DNA from: a virus | Taxonomy: Duplodnaviria > Heunggongvirae > Uroviricota > Caudoviricetes | Reading direction: 5' to 3' (one strand) | Virus record (IMG/VR): IMGVR_UViG_3300036828_000686 | Location: 2,333-66,332 of that record | Length of the DNA stretch: 64,000 nucleotides | Shown: positions 1 to 8,513 of the stretch, in pieces | How the letters are laid out: every line of letters starts with the position of its first letter | How positions within the stretch are numbered: the first letter of the stretch is position 1 | Translations under genes and position numbers: made by a program | The notes under the pieces: model-generated | The model's input: the letters and a program-made list of their open reading frames with translations, nothing else | What the model was told of the DNA's origin: nothing | The model's database searches: none

Positions 1-292
1 TACAGCTAACGGGCAACGGGTCTAACGCGATGGAACGCCACCTGTGGGCCGGTATCCGCGCACAGGTGCCCATGGTGGCGAACATGCCCGTGCACGTGTC
101 AGTGGAGATCACCAACCGCAGGCTACGGACCATGGCGCCTACCGACGTGGCGCGCGTGACCATGGCCGCCGCTCACAAGATTGCCAGCATGGCCTAGCTA
201 GTGCTTGGACCATGGCGGCCAGCCTCCCGGGAGGCTGGCCGCGCGTGGCCGTGGCAAGTAGCTACGGGAACCGATCGGAAGGCTAAACGATC

Positions 293-496
293 ATGGGATA
301 CCCGGACGGTACACAGGAAGGCAGGCAGGTGCACACAGAGCACCTGCCCCCGGATATCAGGGAAGCGCTAGCCGAGTATGAGGACAGGTGGCAGGCCGGC
401 GAGTACGGCTCTGGCCTGTTCGCCAGTGATCGGCCGGCTGAGGCTAGGGCCGATCAATGGCTCCGTGACCTGATCACGGATCACGTTGATGACTAG
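293..496 (+). CDS. hypothetical small protein
   Basis: ORF with conserved leader GGAAGGCtAAACGATCATGG immediately upstream; high GC3. Confidence 0.4.
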   Translation: MGYPDGTQEGRQVHTEHLPPDIREALAEYEDRWQAGEYGSGLFASDRPAEARADQWLRDLITDHVDD

Positions 497-779
497 CGCC
501 GAACGCATGGCCAGGCAGGCAGTAGCGGCCAGGACAGACGCGGCCAGGCAGGCGGCGCACGCGGCCATATGTGCCAGAGCAGACGCGGCCAGGGATGCCG
601 TCAAGCGGGCAGATACAGCACATCGTGTGCGCGTCCATATTTGCCTGATCATGTTTGGCGGGTTGCTGGCCATAGCGGCCACGTACGTAGGTGGCATGGC
701 CGCGCACCTGGGAATCGCGTTTCCCGTGATCCCGTCATCTCTCGAATTGCTGTTTGACAAGATTGCACGCGGTGATTGA
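486..779 (+). CDS. hypothetical protein with C-terminal hydrophobic segment
   Basis: ORF overlaps previous stop (coupled); Ala/Arg-rich N-term, TM-like C-term. Confidence 0.35.
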   Translation: MMTSAERMARQAVAARTDAARQAAHAAICARADAARDAVKRADTAHRVRVHICLIMFGGLLAIAATYVGGMAAHLGIAFPVIPSSLELLFDKIARGD

Positions 780-797
780 CCCGTAGCACTCTCATTT

Positions 798-834
798 GAT
801 CATGGTCCTGTGACCCAACCTGGGACCATGATCA
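798..834. terminator. perfect 12-bp inverted repeat TGATCATGGTCC...GGACCATGATCA (hairpin or operator)
   Basis: read directly in sequence. Confidence 0.4.
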
Positions 835-873
835 TTTGAGTCTGAGCGGTTCAGACAGGAAGGCAGACCGATC

Positions 874-1005
874 ATGTCTCACAAGATCAGTACGGCAGAG
901 TCACAGGCCATGATCAGCAATGGCCTGGCCGCCACCTGTGCCCGTTTGCTGGCACAGGCACAGGTCGCACGCAGGCTACGCAGGCAACTACGGCGCGCCA
1001 CGTAA
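874..1005 (+). CDS. hypothetical 43-aa protein
   Basis: ATG preceded by leader cAGGAAGGCAGaccGATCATG; below ORF-track size cutoff. Confidence 0.3.
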   Translation: MSHKISTAESQAMISNGLAATCARLLAQAQVARRLRRQLRRAT

Positions 1006-1026
1006 GACAGGCCAGCACAGGCCAGC

Positions 1027-1061
1027 ACAGGGACGGCCAGGGGGCAAACCTGGCCGTCCCT
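1027..1061. terminator. perfect 14-bp stem hairpin CAGGGACGGCCAGG-GGGCAAA-CCTGGCCGTCCCTG
   Basis: read directly; preceded by direct repeat GCCAGCACAGG x2. Confidence 0.4.
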
Positions 1062-1135
1062 GGCCTGCCCGTTAGCGAGTGATGCGTGATCAGCCATGAT
1101 CACGTTTCATCGCACACGGAAGGCAGTAAACGATC

Positions 1136-1429
1136 ATGGGCAACACGACACAGTACGCAGGCCGCCGGCGCACCATCCGCGCGATTGGCGGCCTGGCCGT
1201 GGCGGGCATGGTGGCCAGCGTGGCCGGCCTGCTCACGTTCGCCACCATGGCCGGCGTTGGCCTGCTGGCCGCCGGCCTGCTTACAGCCGGTATCGCTGGC
1301 CTGTCATGGCTGGCCTACGCACAGACGGCCGGGGATGGTTTCGCGCGTGCGCACGCTTGGATGGAACAAGCCAGCGTGCCGCGCCCGGACAGTTACGGGA
1401 ATGCTCCCGGTAGCGATAACGCCATCTGA
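1136..1429 (+). CDS. small membrane protein (2 TM)
   Basis: leader GGAAGGCAGtAAACGATCATGG; hydrophobic Ala/Gly/Leu stretches; followed by terminator. Confidence 0.5.
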   Translation: MGNTTQYAGRRRTIRAIGGLAVAGMVASVAGLLTFATMAGVGLLAAGLLTAGIAGLSWLAYAQTAGDGFARAHAWMEQASVPRPDSYGNAPGSDNAI

Positions 1430-1441
1430 CCAAGATCAACT

Positions 1442-1483
1442 AGGGGCCTCCCCCGCGCCGCGCGGGGGAGGCCCTTTTTTTTG
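1442..1483 (+). terminator. rho-independent terminator (GC stem + T9)
   Basis: AGGGGCCTCCCCCGCGCCGCGCGGGGGAGGCCC followed by TTTTTTTTT. Confidence 0.7.
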
Positions 1484-1515
1484 TGTCCTGGCCTGGCCAG
1501 GCCCAGGTGCCCGGT

Positions 1516-1640
1516 ATGTCCGTTTCCGCCCGTTTTGTCCGGATTTGCCCCATTTTGTCCTGGTCTGTCCGTTTTATCCTGATTTGTACGGATTTGTACG
1601 GATTTGTCCTGGTTTGCGAGGTATGCCGGTTTCGGCCCGG
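1516..1640. repeat. iteron-like direct repeats GATTTGTmC / TTTTGTCC (at least 8 copies) in a locally GC-poorer stretch
   Basis: read directly: ...cgttttgtccggatttgccccattttgtcctggtctgtccgttttatcctgatttgtacggatttgtacggatttgtcctggtttgcg. Confidence 0.45.
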
Positions 1641-1860
1641 GAATACTCATACCTGGTAGGGTGTTTGCTCTACCGTGCGATACGGACAGATACCGGGAGG
1701 CAGCATGACCAGGCAGGACACCCACACTCGCGCATGGCCAGCATGGCTATCGCCACGCATGAGGCAGCTACTCGCGCTAGGCGCCACTGGCTCAGCTCCA
1801 GCGCTAGGCTCACCCGCCGCTAGCTCTGGGCTACCTAACCCAGAGTCTGGTTATCAGGCC

Positions 1861-1951
1861 GTATGTAGGGCCGTATGTGTATGTGTATGTAATTATTCAA
1901 TGCCCGCGATTGTATGTAGGGCCGTATGTGTATGTGTATGTGTATGTAATT
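1861..1951. repeat. two tandem copies of GTATGTAGGGCCGTATGTGTATGTGTATGTAATT (alternating Pu/Py GT repeat)
   Basis: copies at 1861-1894 and 1912-1951; the same element recurs at 6277-6310 and 8514-8544. Confidence 0.6.
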
Positions 1952-2064
1952 CGCCGGGCTTGACAGACGCGCAAACTGCCGCGATACGTGAGGGTCAGGA
2001 TGCGTGGGTCCGCGACTACGTGACGGCCGCATAATTTCGCCGCGCATGATGGCCGCACAGTTAG

Positions 2065-2152
2065 CCGGGAATAACTCATGCCCTAACTGTGTTGTACATA
2101 CACAGATGTAAGACACACAAGATCACCGCGAAACCCAGGGAGACTCACGATC
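2065..2152 (+). promoter_or_regulatory. intergenic element CCGGGAATAA...CTGTGTTGTACATACACAG (copy 1 of 2)
   Basis: near-identical copy at 2841-2908; both precede gene starts. Confidence 0.4.
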
Positions 2153-2407
2153 ATGGCCGTTCACAACTTCCAGCTACACGGCGTCATTGATGGCCGCGCA
2201 GCCGCACTCAATGGCGGGCCGCGCTCCAAGGATGGCGGTATCAGCCTCACGATCTACATGCGCGATGAGGGCGGCATCGAAACCGGCGTCACCGTGTCCG
2301 GCCGCGCGACCAGCGACGGCAGGCTAGTGCTGGACGTCGCGCCCGGTACCGCCGGCACCGTGACCGCGAATGAGGGCGGCGGCTTCACCGTGGAAACCAC
2401 GCGATGA
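2153..2407 (+). CDS. hypothetical protein
   Basis: ORF, RBS-like GGGAGACTCACGATCATGG leader, high GC3. Confidence 0.5.
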   Translation: MAVHNFQLHGVIDGRAAALNGGPRSKDGGISLTIYMRDEGGIETGVTVSGRATSDGRLVLDVAPGTAGTVTANEGGGFTVETTR

Positions 2408-2850
2408 GCGACCGCGATGGCGTGGCCGCGACCTTGACCGATGAGCAGGTCTGGGAACTTGAAAGGCTGGCCGGCGCGGTCCGTTCCGCGCTGGCCGGCA
2501 ATGGTGATCTGCGCACGGCCGCGACTGCGCTCGCTGAGGCAGTGTTGCCGGCTGAGACGCCCGGGACCGATGGCACGATCACGGCCGGCTATGGCCCGGA
2601 TGGGGACTTCTGGGCCGTGGAGACGTGCGATATGGACATGACCGCGACACCTGACCCCGATCTGCCGCGTGGCCGCGTACGGGTGGGGCAAGTGCCGGAT
2701 GGGCCGGGCCGCTGGCTGCTGGTGCGCCATCGCCGCGAGTCCGCATGGGTCCGCGATGGGACGCCGGCGACCACGGCTGAGCTGGCCGCGCTGGGTGTCG
2801 ATCTTGACGCCGGCGTTGTGGTGCGTAGCTGGCCGGACCCCCGGGAATAA
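2404..2850 (+). CDS. hypothetical protein
   Basis: ATGA overlap with upstream gene. Confidence 0.5.
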   Translation: MSDRDGVAATLTDEQVWELERLAGAVRSALAGNGDLRTAATALAEAVLPAETPGTDGTITAGYGPDGDFWAVETCDMDMTATPDPDLPRGRVRVGQVPDGPGRWLLVRHRRESAWVRDGTPATTAELAALGVDLDAGVVVRSWPDPRE

Positions 2851-2908
2851 GCTTTGCCTTATCTGTGTTGTACATACACAGAGGCAGTACACAGAGAGAG
2901 TGGGAGAA
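2841..2908 (+). promoter_or_regulatory. intergenic element CCGGGAATAA...CTGTGTTGTACATACACAG (copy 2)
   Basis: see 2065-2152. Confidence 0.4.
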
Positions 2909-3247
2909 ATGGCCGCGTACGCATGGGTGATCACGGACAGCTTTATCGACGACGTGCCCGATGACGTGGAGTACGGCACCAATGAGGCGCGTACCGGCGT
3001 GGACGTGACCGGGCCGCACGACGCCACCGATGAGCAGGTCGTGACCGCGCGCAATGAGGGCGTGCCGTTCAAGATGTACGACGACGACGGCATCAAGTAT
3101 TTCGAGGGCCGGTTCTGGGCCGCTGACGGCGCCGGCGCGGACAGCGAATATGCGTTCGGGCCGCTGGACGACTACGGCATGCCGGACTCTGGCTGTACCG
3201 AGATTCGCTATCCGACCGGGCCAAACGGCCGCTACGAAACCCTGTGA
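2909..3247 (+). CDS. hypothetical acidic protein
   Basis: internal ATG of ORF 2669-3247 after GGGAGAAATGG. Confidence 0.5.
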   Translation: MAAYAWVITDSFIDDVPDDVEYGTNEARTGVDVTGPHDATDEQVVTARNEGVPFKMYDDDGIKYFEGRFWAADGAGADSEYAFGPLDDYGMPDSGCTEIRYPTGPNGRYETL

Positions 3248-3253
3248 GGGGAC

Positions 3254-3550
3254 ATGACCGAGAAGTGTGACCACGAGAACAAGCACCTTGGCCGCGTTTG
3301 CGGCGCGAGTGATGCGCTGACCGATGATGAGATTTTCGCCGGCGTGACCGCGTTCGCGCTTGAGCATTACAACGACGGTGGCTGGGATGTCGTGGTGGAG
3401 ACCTACACCGCGCCCGAGCTGGCCGCGACCGTGCGGGAGATGCGTGACGGCGTGCCTGCAACCACGGTGGCCGAGGCCATCGCCGCAATGGAGCCGCTGG
3501 TTGGCATCTGGGCTGACCGGCAGGCGGACGCGATCAACTCCGCGTTCTGA
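3254..3550 (+). CDS. hypothetical protein
   Basis: ORF directly follows previous stop. Confidence 0.5.
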   Translation: MTEKCDHENKHLGRVCGASDALTDDEIFAGVTAFALEHYNDGGWDVVVETYTAPELAATVREMRDGVPATTVAEAIAAMEPLVGIWADRQADAINSAF

Positions 3551-3553
3551 TCT

Positions 3554-3638
3554 GGCCCGGGGAATAAACCCCCCCTTATACCTGTTCACGCTACTGTACG
3601 ATACAGAGCGATACCAACCTCGGGAAGGGAACCCAGTC
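3554..3638 (+). promoter_or_regulatory. conserved intergenic element CCCGGGGAATAAACCCCCCCTTAT + GATACAGAGCGATAC (copy A of 3)
   Basis: copies at 3554, 6369 and 6871, each about 40-60 nt upstream of a start codon. Confidence 0.5.
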
Positions 3639-4955
3639 GTGCCTGTGACCTTGAGCGGCCAGGAAACGCAGATCATCTATTGCGAGCCGGACCACTACCC
3701 GCACGCCGTGACCGCCGGCCTGTTTAGCTGTCTGCGGTGCCGGTCCTGGCATCACAACGGCCATGTGTGCCGTGCGCCCGTGAAGATCCGGCGCTGGGAT
3801 GACCCGCCGCAGGACCAGCCGCGCGCATGGTGCGAGACATGCGACGACTACCACAACGACCCGGACGACTGCCCGCATGCGCTCATTGAGTGCGGCGAGT
3901 GCGACACCGAGCATGAGCGGGACGGCGAATGCCCCCGCGAATGGTGCGGCGACTGTGATGCCTTCCACGACCGCGACCAGTGGGGCAATGTCTATTGCCC
4001 CGGATGGTATTGCGATAGCTGTGAGGAGCACCACGCCTACGGCGACGAATGCCCCCGGCCGTATTGCGAAAACTGCGGGGAGTACCACGACCCCGAAGAC
4101 AACTGTGCGAGGGATTGTGACTGCACGTCACCGCGCCTGAGTTTCACCATCCGCAACGATGGTGAGCCGCCGCTGGCCAACGACACGCGGACGCAGATCG
4201 GGCTGCCTGCCGGCCAGATCTCCGACACGGGACTCAACGAGATAACGAGCTGCCTGCTCCGGGCGTACCGGAGTGCCGGGCGCGACACGGACACGGGCCT
4301 GAACCTGTACCGCCTGGCCTACTCGTTTGAGGAGGCACTGGGCTGCACGTGGCAGACGAAGCAGGGGAACTACACGAAACGGCTGAGCCGCCACGCGTAC
4401 CAGAACCACAACGGGCTCAAGCTGTCACAGGAAGTCATGTCCGAGGTCGGGACCATCGCCCGCGATCATTCGATGGCGGCCAGCTTTGAGGTTGACGTGA
4501 CGCGGGATCTCAACAGGTCACCGGGCTACTTCTACCACGACGATTCTTGCTGGTGGGGTGGCATGTCCGAAAGCCGGTGCGCACTCAAGACGAATGGCGG
4601 TTTCGGGCTGAGGTCTCTCCAGGGACCGCAGGTGACCGGCCGCGCGTGGGTGATGCCGCTGCGCCTGGAGTCCGGCTACCTGGAGCCGACGCTGGACACC
4701 ATGACGCCGGACGCGTTCGTCGTGTTCAACGGTTACGGCGACCTTGCCGGGTACGCGCCGGCCCGGATCATGGCCGGCATGGCCGGCTGGACTTACAAGA
4801 AGATCGGTTTCAGCTGTGACCCCATGTACATCAACGCCGGCGGCTACCTGGTGGCACCCGAGCACATCATTCAGGACACCAGCACTCTGCGCCTGGACGT
4901 CCCTCAGCATGCAAGTCTCACCACCGACTACAGGGAGCTAGCTCATGCCGCGTAA
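3639..4955 (+). CDS. Cys/His-rich tandem-repeat protein (at least 5 C-x2-C...H-x...C-P units) with large C-terminal domain
   Basis: GTG start after GGGAAGGGAAcccagtc; repeats CETCDDYHNDPDDCPH, CGECDTEHERDGECPREW, CGDCDAFHDRDQW, CDSCEEHHAYGDECPRPY, CENCGEYHDPEDNC. Confidence 0.5.
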   Translation: MPVTLSGQETQIIYCEPDHYPHAVTAGLFSCLRCRSWHHNGHVCRAPVKIRRWDDPPQDQPRAWCETCDDYHNDPDDCPHALIECGECDTEHERDGECPREWCGDCDAFHDRDQWGNVYCPGWYCDSCEEHHAYGDECPRPYCENCGEYHDPEDNCARDCDCTSPRLSFTIRNDGEPPLANDTRTQIGLPAGQISDTGLNEITSCLLRAYRSAGRDTDTGLNLYRLAYSFEEALGCTWQTKQGNYTKRLSRHAYQNHNGLKLSQEVMSEVGTIARDHSMAASFEVDVTRDLNRSPGYFYHDDSCWWGGMSESRCALKTNGGFGLRSLQGPQVTGRAWVMPLRLESGYLEPTLDTMTPDAFVVFNGYGDLAGYAPARIMAGMAGWTYKKIGFSCDPMYINAGGYLVAPEHIIQDTSTLRLDVPQHASLTTDYRELAHAA

Positions 4956-5241
4956 GCCGCTGAAAGACCAGATTAAGGCCAGGATGCGCGACCACCTGAT
5001 TACCGGCATCCTCGCCGGCGTGGTCGCGGGCAACGCGGTGTGGCGGGCCGCTACGGCAGGCAGCACCGCCTATGCCGTGATCTTCAGCCTGGCAGCCATG
5101 CTGGCCACGTTCACCGTGGTCTATAGCACCCTGAAGTGGTGCGAGGGCCGGCGTATCCTCCGGGGCCCGATGTTCTACCTGGCCGCCATCATGCACGACC
5201 TGGGCGACGACTCCGAGAAGGGATCACACCATGACTCGTAA
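4945..5241 (+). CDS. small membrane protein
   Basis: two hydrophobic segments. Confidence 0.5.
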   Translation: MPRKPLKDQIKARMRDHLITGILAGVVAGNAVWRAATAGSTAYAVIFSLAAMLATFTVVYSTLKWCEGRRILRGPMFYLAAIMHDLGDDSEKGSHHDS

Positions 5242-6217
5242 GCCACGCTCCCCCGCTCGCCGGGCGAGGGCCGCATTCAGCCGGGATGACCTGGCCACTA
5301 TCTGCACGATGCCCGAGCGCGACTTTGGCGCCGAGTTCGGGATGGAGACGGTCCCGGTTGGGCGGGATGACTTCTACCACTTCCGCGACAACGGCTCCCG
5401 GGTCCTGGCGGTTGCGCACCTGGACACCGTCGCGCCTGCTGACCAGCGGGCCGCGCACTTCGCCAACTCCGAAGCGGGGCAGGTTGTGTTCTCGCGGGCA
5501 CTGGATGACCGGCTGGGTGCGTACATCATCCTGCACCTGCTGCCTGCCCTGGGGATCACCTACGACTGGCTGCTCACCACGGGCGAGGAGATGGGCATGT
5601 CCACGGCTGACGCGTTCGATCCGCCGAAGGATTACGACTGGATCATCGAGTTTGACCGCGGCGGCACCGACGTCGTGATGTACCAGTACGACGACATCGG
5701 CACTCGCCGGGCCGTGCGGGCGTCTGGTGCCCGGGTGGGGGATGGCATCTTCTCTGACATCGCCTACCTGGAACACCTGGGGGTCAAGGCTTTCAACTGG
5801 GGCACCGGCTACCAGGATTACCACGGGGTACGGTCGCACGCGTTCCTGCGTGACACGTTTGACATGGTGGGGCATTACCTGGTCTTCCACGAGCTGCATG
5901 CCGGGACCGCCATGCCGCACGAGGCCGCGCCGAGGTACGGCGAGGACGAGTGCGAGATCTGCGTGAGCACCGGCACGATCGACCCGGTTACCCGGATCTG
6001 TGCCGAATGCCAGGTCTGCCAGGACTGTCTCGAAAACATGGACTACTGCGCCTGCTACACCCCGTCCGGGGCACGCGAGGGCAGTGTCGTGCATGCCGCT
6101 GAGGCCATCACCGGGAGCTACGCTGCCGCACGGCCGGCCAGTGGCAACTGGGACGCCGAGCAGGGCGGTTTCACGCAGCGGGCAGAGGCCATCCGCGCAG
6201 AGTCGGACGCGGCGTAA
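5231..6217 (+). CDS. putative metallopeptidase-like protein (M42/M20-like HxDTV and DDRxG motifs) with C-terminal Cys cluster
   Basis: motifs VAHLDTV and LDDRLGAYIIL; CEICV...CAECQVCQDC. Confidence 0.4.
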   Translation: MTRKPRSPARRARAAFSRDDLATICTMPERDFGAEFGMETVPVGRDDFYHFRDNGSRVLAVAHLDTVAPADQRAAHFANSEAGQVVFSRALDDRLGAYIILHLLPALGITYDWLLTTGEEMGMSTADAFDPPKDYDWIIEFDRGGTDVVMYQYDDIGTRRAVRASGARVGDGIFSDIAYLEHLGVKAFNWGTGYQDYHGVRSHAFLRDTFDMVGHYLVFHELHAGTAMPHEAAPRYGEDECEICVSTGTIDPVTRICAECQVCQDCLENMDYCACYTPSGAREGSVVHAAEAITGSYAAARPASGNWDAEQGGFTQRAEAIRAESDAA

Positions 6218-6276
6218 CGAAGCGGTGAGCTGCACCGCCGGCTGTCCAGCGGTGCAGCTCACCGCCGGCTGTCCGT

Positions 6277-6310
6277 GTATGTAGGGCCGTATGTGTATGT
6301 GTATGTAATT
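6277..6310. repeat. GTATGTAGGGCCGTATGTGTATGTGTATGTAATT element (copy 3)
   Basis: identical to the 1861 element. Confidence 0.6.
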
Positions 6311-6368
6311 AATGACCGCGCGTGATCGCCGGTCTGACCGCGAGAGGCTCTGACAAGGGCCGCGATCC

Positions 6369-6442
6369 GGCCCGGGGAATAAACCCCCCCTTATGCTTGT
6401 TCTACATGATACCGAGCGATACCGGCAGAGAGGATCTGAGCG
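6369..6442 (+). promoter_or_regulatory. CCCGGGGAATAAACCCCCCCTTATG + GATACCGAGCGATAC element (copy B)
   Basis: read directly. Confidence 0.5.
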
Positions 6443-6628
6443 ATGGCCAGGGCCGCTAAAGCTAAATGGATCGTGATCATCACGTTCCCCGATGGCAGCA
6501 AGTCAGCCGCCGGCCCGTTCCCCGATGGCTACGCGGCCACAACATGGGGCAACGCCCACGAAACGATGGAATCTGACTGGGTCTGTGACCCGGTCCCGCT
6601 GGAATCACCCGAGGAGTTCACAGCATGA
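6443..6628 (+). CDS. hypothetical protein
   Basis: ORF after GAGAGGATCTGAGCGATGG. Confidence 0.4.
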   Translation: MARAAKAKWIVIITFPDGSKSAAGPFPDGYAATTWGNAHETMESDWVCDPVPLESPEEFTA

Positions 6629-7086
6629 GGTGCGGATGGATCGCGGCCGGGGCCGGCCGTTGTGTCCGGCCGGCGCATCCGGCCGGACCGGACGCCGCGC
6701 CGGGTATCCGGTACGACGGGCCGCACGAGTTCGCCCCGCGCATGCCGGACGACGACCAGATCCGTGATCTTGTCCTGGCCGAGCGCGATGAGTACGGCTA
6801 CATCGACTGGTCGAAGCCGCCACGCGACGACGGCCGACAGCTTCCCTTCCCGGGTGCCGACGTCAGCTCCGCCCGGGAAGGGAATAAACCCCCCCTTACG
6901 TTGGTTACACTCTACAGAGCGATACAGAAGGGAGCACGACATGGACGGCACTACCGGCCGCCAGGCAGAGCTGCAAAGGGCAGCCGTGCGCCGCGAGCAG
7001 GCGATGACCAGGGCCGCCGAGATGCACGCCGCCGACGTGGCCGACATCCGCGCCGCCGACCCGGAGACCCCGGGGAAGAACGGTGA
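6625..7086 (+). CDS. hypothetical protein (true 3' end probably earlier; ORF reads through regulatory element C)
   Basis: ATGA-coupled to previous gene; no in-frame stop until 7086. Confidence 0.25.
   Translation: MRCGWIAAGAGRCVRPAHPAGPDAAPGIRYDGPHEFAPRMPDDDQIRDLVLAERDEYGYIDWSKPPRDDGRQLPFPGADVSSAREGNKPPLTLVTLYRAIQKGARHGRHYRPPGRAAKGSRAPRAGDDQGRRDARRRRGRHPRRRPGDPGEER
6871..6949 (+). promoter_or_regulatory. CCCGGGAAGGGAATAAACCCCCCCTTACG + CAGAGCGATACAGAAGG element (copy C)
   Basis: read directly. Confidence 0.5.
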
Positions 7087-7207
7087 GGCGCGCCGGATGG
7101 CCGAGGGGCAGGCCGGCATACTGCTCAGCCAGCGCCAGGAGGACGCCGACCAGGCGTACCGCAGGGCCGTGAACGCGATCCTGGCGAACGCGAAGCGAAC
7201 GCGATGA
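6950..7207 (+). CDS. hypothetical coiled-coil-like protein
   Basis: ATG after GGGAGCACGAC; Ala/Arg/Glu-rich. Confidence 0.45.
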   Translation, partial: TTGRQAELQRAAVRREQAMTRAAEMHAADVADIRAADPETPGKNGEARRMAEGQAGILLSQRQEDADQAYRRAVNAILANAKRTR

Positions 7208-7386
7208 GCCTGCTGGACCTGATCGTCCCGGTCCTGATCGTGGCCGTGGCCGAGCGGGCATTAGCCCGCCGGCCGCAGTCACCGGCCGAGAACCTGGCCG
7301 CCGCGCAGGCGGCCGTCAACCACCTGTACGAGGAGCAAGGACATGGATCAGCAGGACACGCTGCGCGTCATCAGCGCGCTGCGTAA
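7204..7386 (+). CDS. hypothetical small protein
   Basis: ATGA overlap. Confidence 0.3.
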   Translation: MSLLDLIVPVLIVAVAERALARRPQSPAENLAAAQAAVNHLYEEQGHGSAGHAARHQRAA

Positions 7387-7786
7387 CGAGGCGCGGCGCC
7401 TGGAACGGATAGCCAAGGCCGCGAACCCGGACCCGCCCGCCTACCGCGAGGGTCTCCGCGAGGAGGTCCGCGCCATGGACAGGCTGGCCGGCGACATCCG
7501 CAACAGCGGCGTCTACACCCGCGACGAGATCAGCACCGCCGCGAACAACGGCGCGGACATGGTCGATTACAGCGACGAGCTGAACATGGCCGTGAACGCG
7601 CAGATGACCCTGCTGGACAACCCGGACGCGACCCTGGACGACGTGATCCTGGCCAACTGGCAGTGCGAGGCCGAGGACTTCGAGACGGCCGGCATCACCG
7701 GCTGGGCCACCCGTGAGCTGACCGAGGACGAGCATCGGCGCGCCGAGGCCGCGCTGATCGAGCGGATGAAGGGATGGATGGAATGA
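7343..7786 (+). CDS. hypothetical protein
   Basis: ORF. Confidence 0.5.
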   Translation: MDQQDTLRVISALRNEARRLERIAKAANPDPPAYREGLREEVRAMDRLAGDIRNSGVYTRDEISTAANNGADMVDYSDELNMAVNAQMTLLDNPDATLDDVILANWQCEAEDFETAGITGWATRELTEDEHRRAEAALIERMKGWME

Positions 7787-8217
7787 AGGACTACGCAGCC
7801 CGGCCGCCAATGACGGCGGCCGAGCTGGGAGAGCACAAGGTCACCGCCTACGGGCGCGACTACAGCGAATCCGATGACGGCTATGGCGACATGGCTGCCG
7901 AGGAGAAGCGCGGATGGGGGGTGCTCCCAAGCTGGGGCCGCGACGGCTGGAACCTGGGCGACTGGCCCTATGTGGTGGTCTACGTGCGCGACCGCGCGGG
8001 CGAGCAGCACGAGCTGATGGTGATCTGTGAGGGCGACCGCACCATCTACGCCTTCGACATGGCCATGGACCGCACGGCCGCGATCGACTACATGTTCGCC
8101 TGGTATGCGGCCGGCCAGCGCTGGGCGGAGTGGACCTGGGAGGACCGGGAGCGGCTGGACGTGGGCCACCTTGAGGTGGACCTGAAGTTCCGTGGGCCGT
8201 ACCGGCAGGAGTCATGA
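7774..8217 (+). CDS. hypothetical protein
   Basis: ORF, overlaps previous by 13 nt. Confidence 0.5.
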   Translation: MDGMKDYAARPPMTAAELGEHKVTAYGRDYSESDDGYGDMAAEEKRGWGVLPSWGRDGWNLGDWPYVVVYVRDRAGEQHELMVICEGDRTIYAFDMAMDRTAAIDYMFAWYAAGQRWAEWTWEDRERLDVGHLEVDLKFRGPYRQES

Positions 8218-8501
8218 CCGGGGCGGAGGCGCGGGCGTGCGACCTGGCCTCTGATCTTGAGTCGGCTGGCTGGACTGTGACCACGGAAGGCCGGGATGAG
8301 GGTGGCGCGTACTTCGCGACCCTGACGGCGCGCAAGACGGGCCGGGAGATAGTGCAGGTGACTTACCGCAGCGTGACCGCGGAAGGGAAGCCGCGCACCA
8401 CGTCCCTGGCCAGTGCGGCTCTTGACCATCCGGTCCGGGGGATCACGAAGCTGGAAGGCCCGCGCGCACTGCGCGCGTGGCTGGCCGGGGCGGGAAGGTA
8501 A
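8214..8501 (+). CDS. hypothetical protein
   Basis: ATGA overlap. Confidence 0.5.
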   Translation: MTGAEARACDLASDLESAGWTVTTEGRDEGGAYFATLTARKTGREIVQVTYRSVTAEGKPRTTSLASAALDHPVRGITKLEGPRALRAWLAGAGR

Positions 8502-8513
8502 CTCCCCGCTTCA

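Noticed and set aside
1675-2034. 119-aa ORF spanning the GT-repeat elements (translated as CVCVCVC...)
   Set aside because: Its coding capacity is created by the repeat itself. It is more plausibly non-coding regulatory DNA.
2254-3676. Long minus-strand ORFs (2254-3096, 2579-3676) antisense to the + strand genes
   Set aside because: These are typical high-GC shadow ORFs. GC3 and the coupling pattern favour the + strand genes, and the translations are low-complexity Arg/Pro/Ala.
5189-6262. 357-aa minus-strand ORF antisense to the peptidase-like gene
   Set aside because: Shadow ORF with a low-complexity translation. The + strand gene has recognisable motifs.
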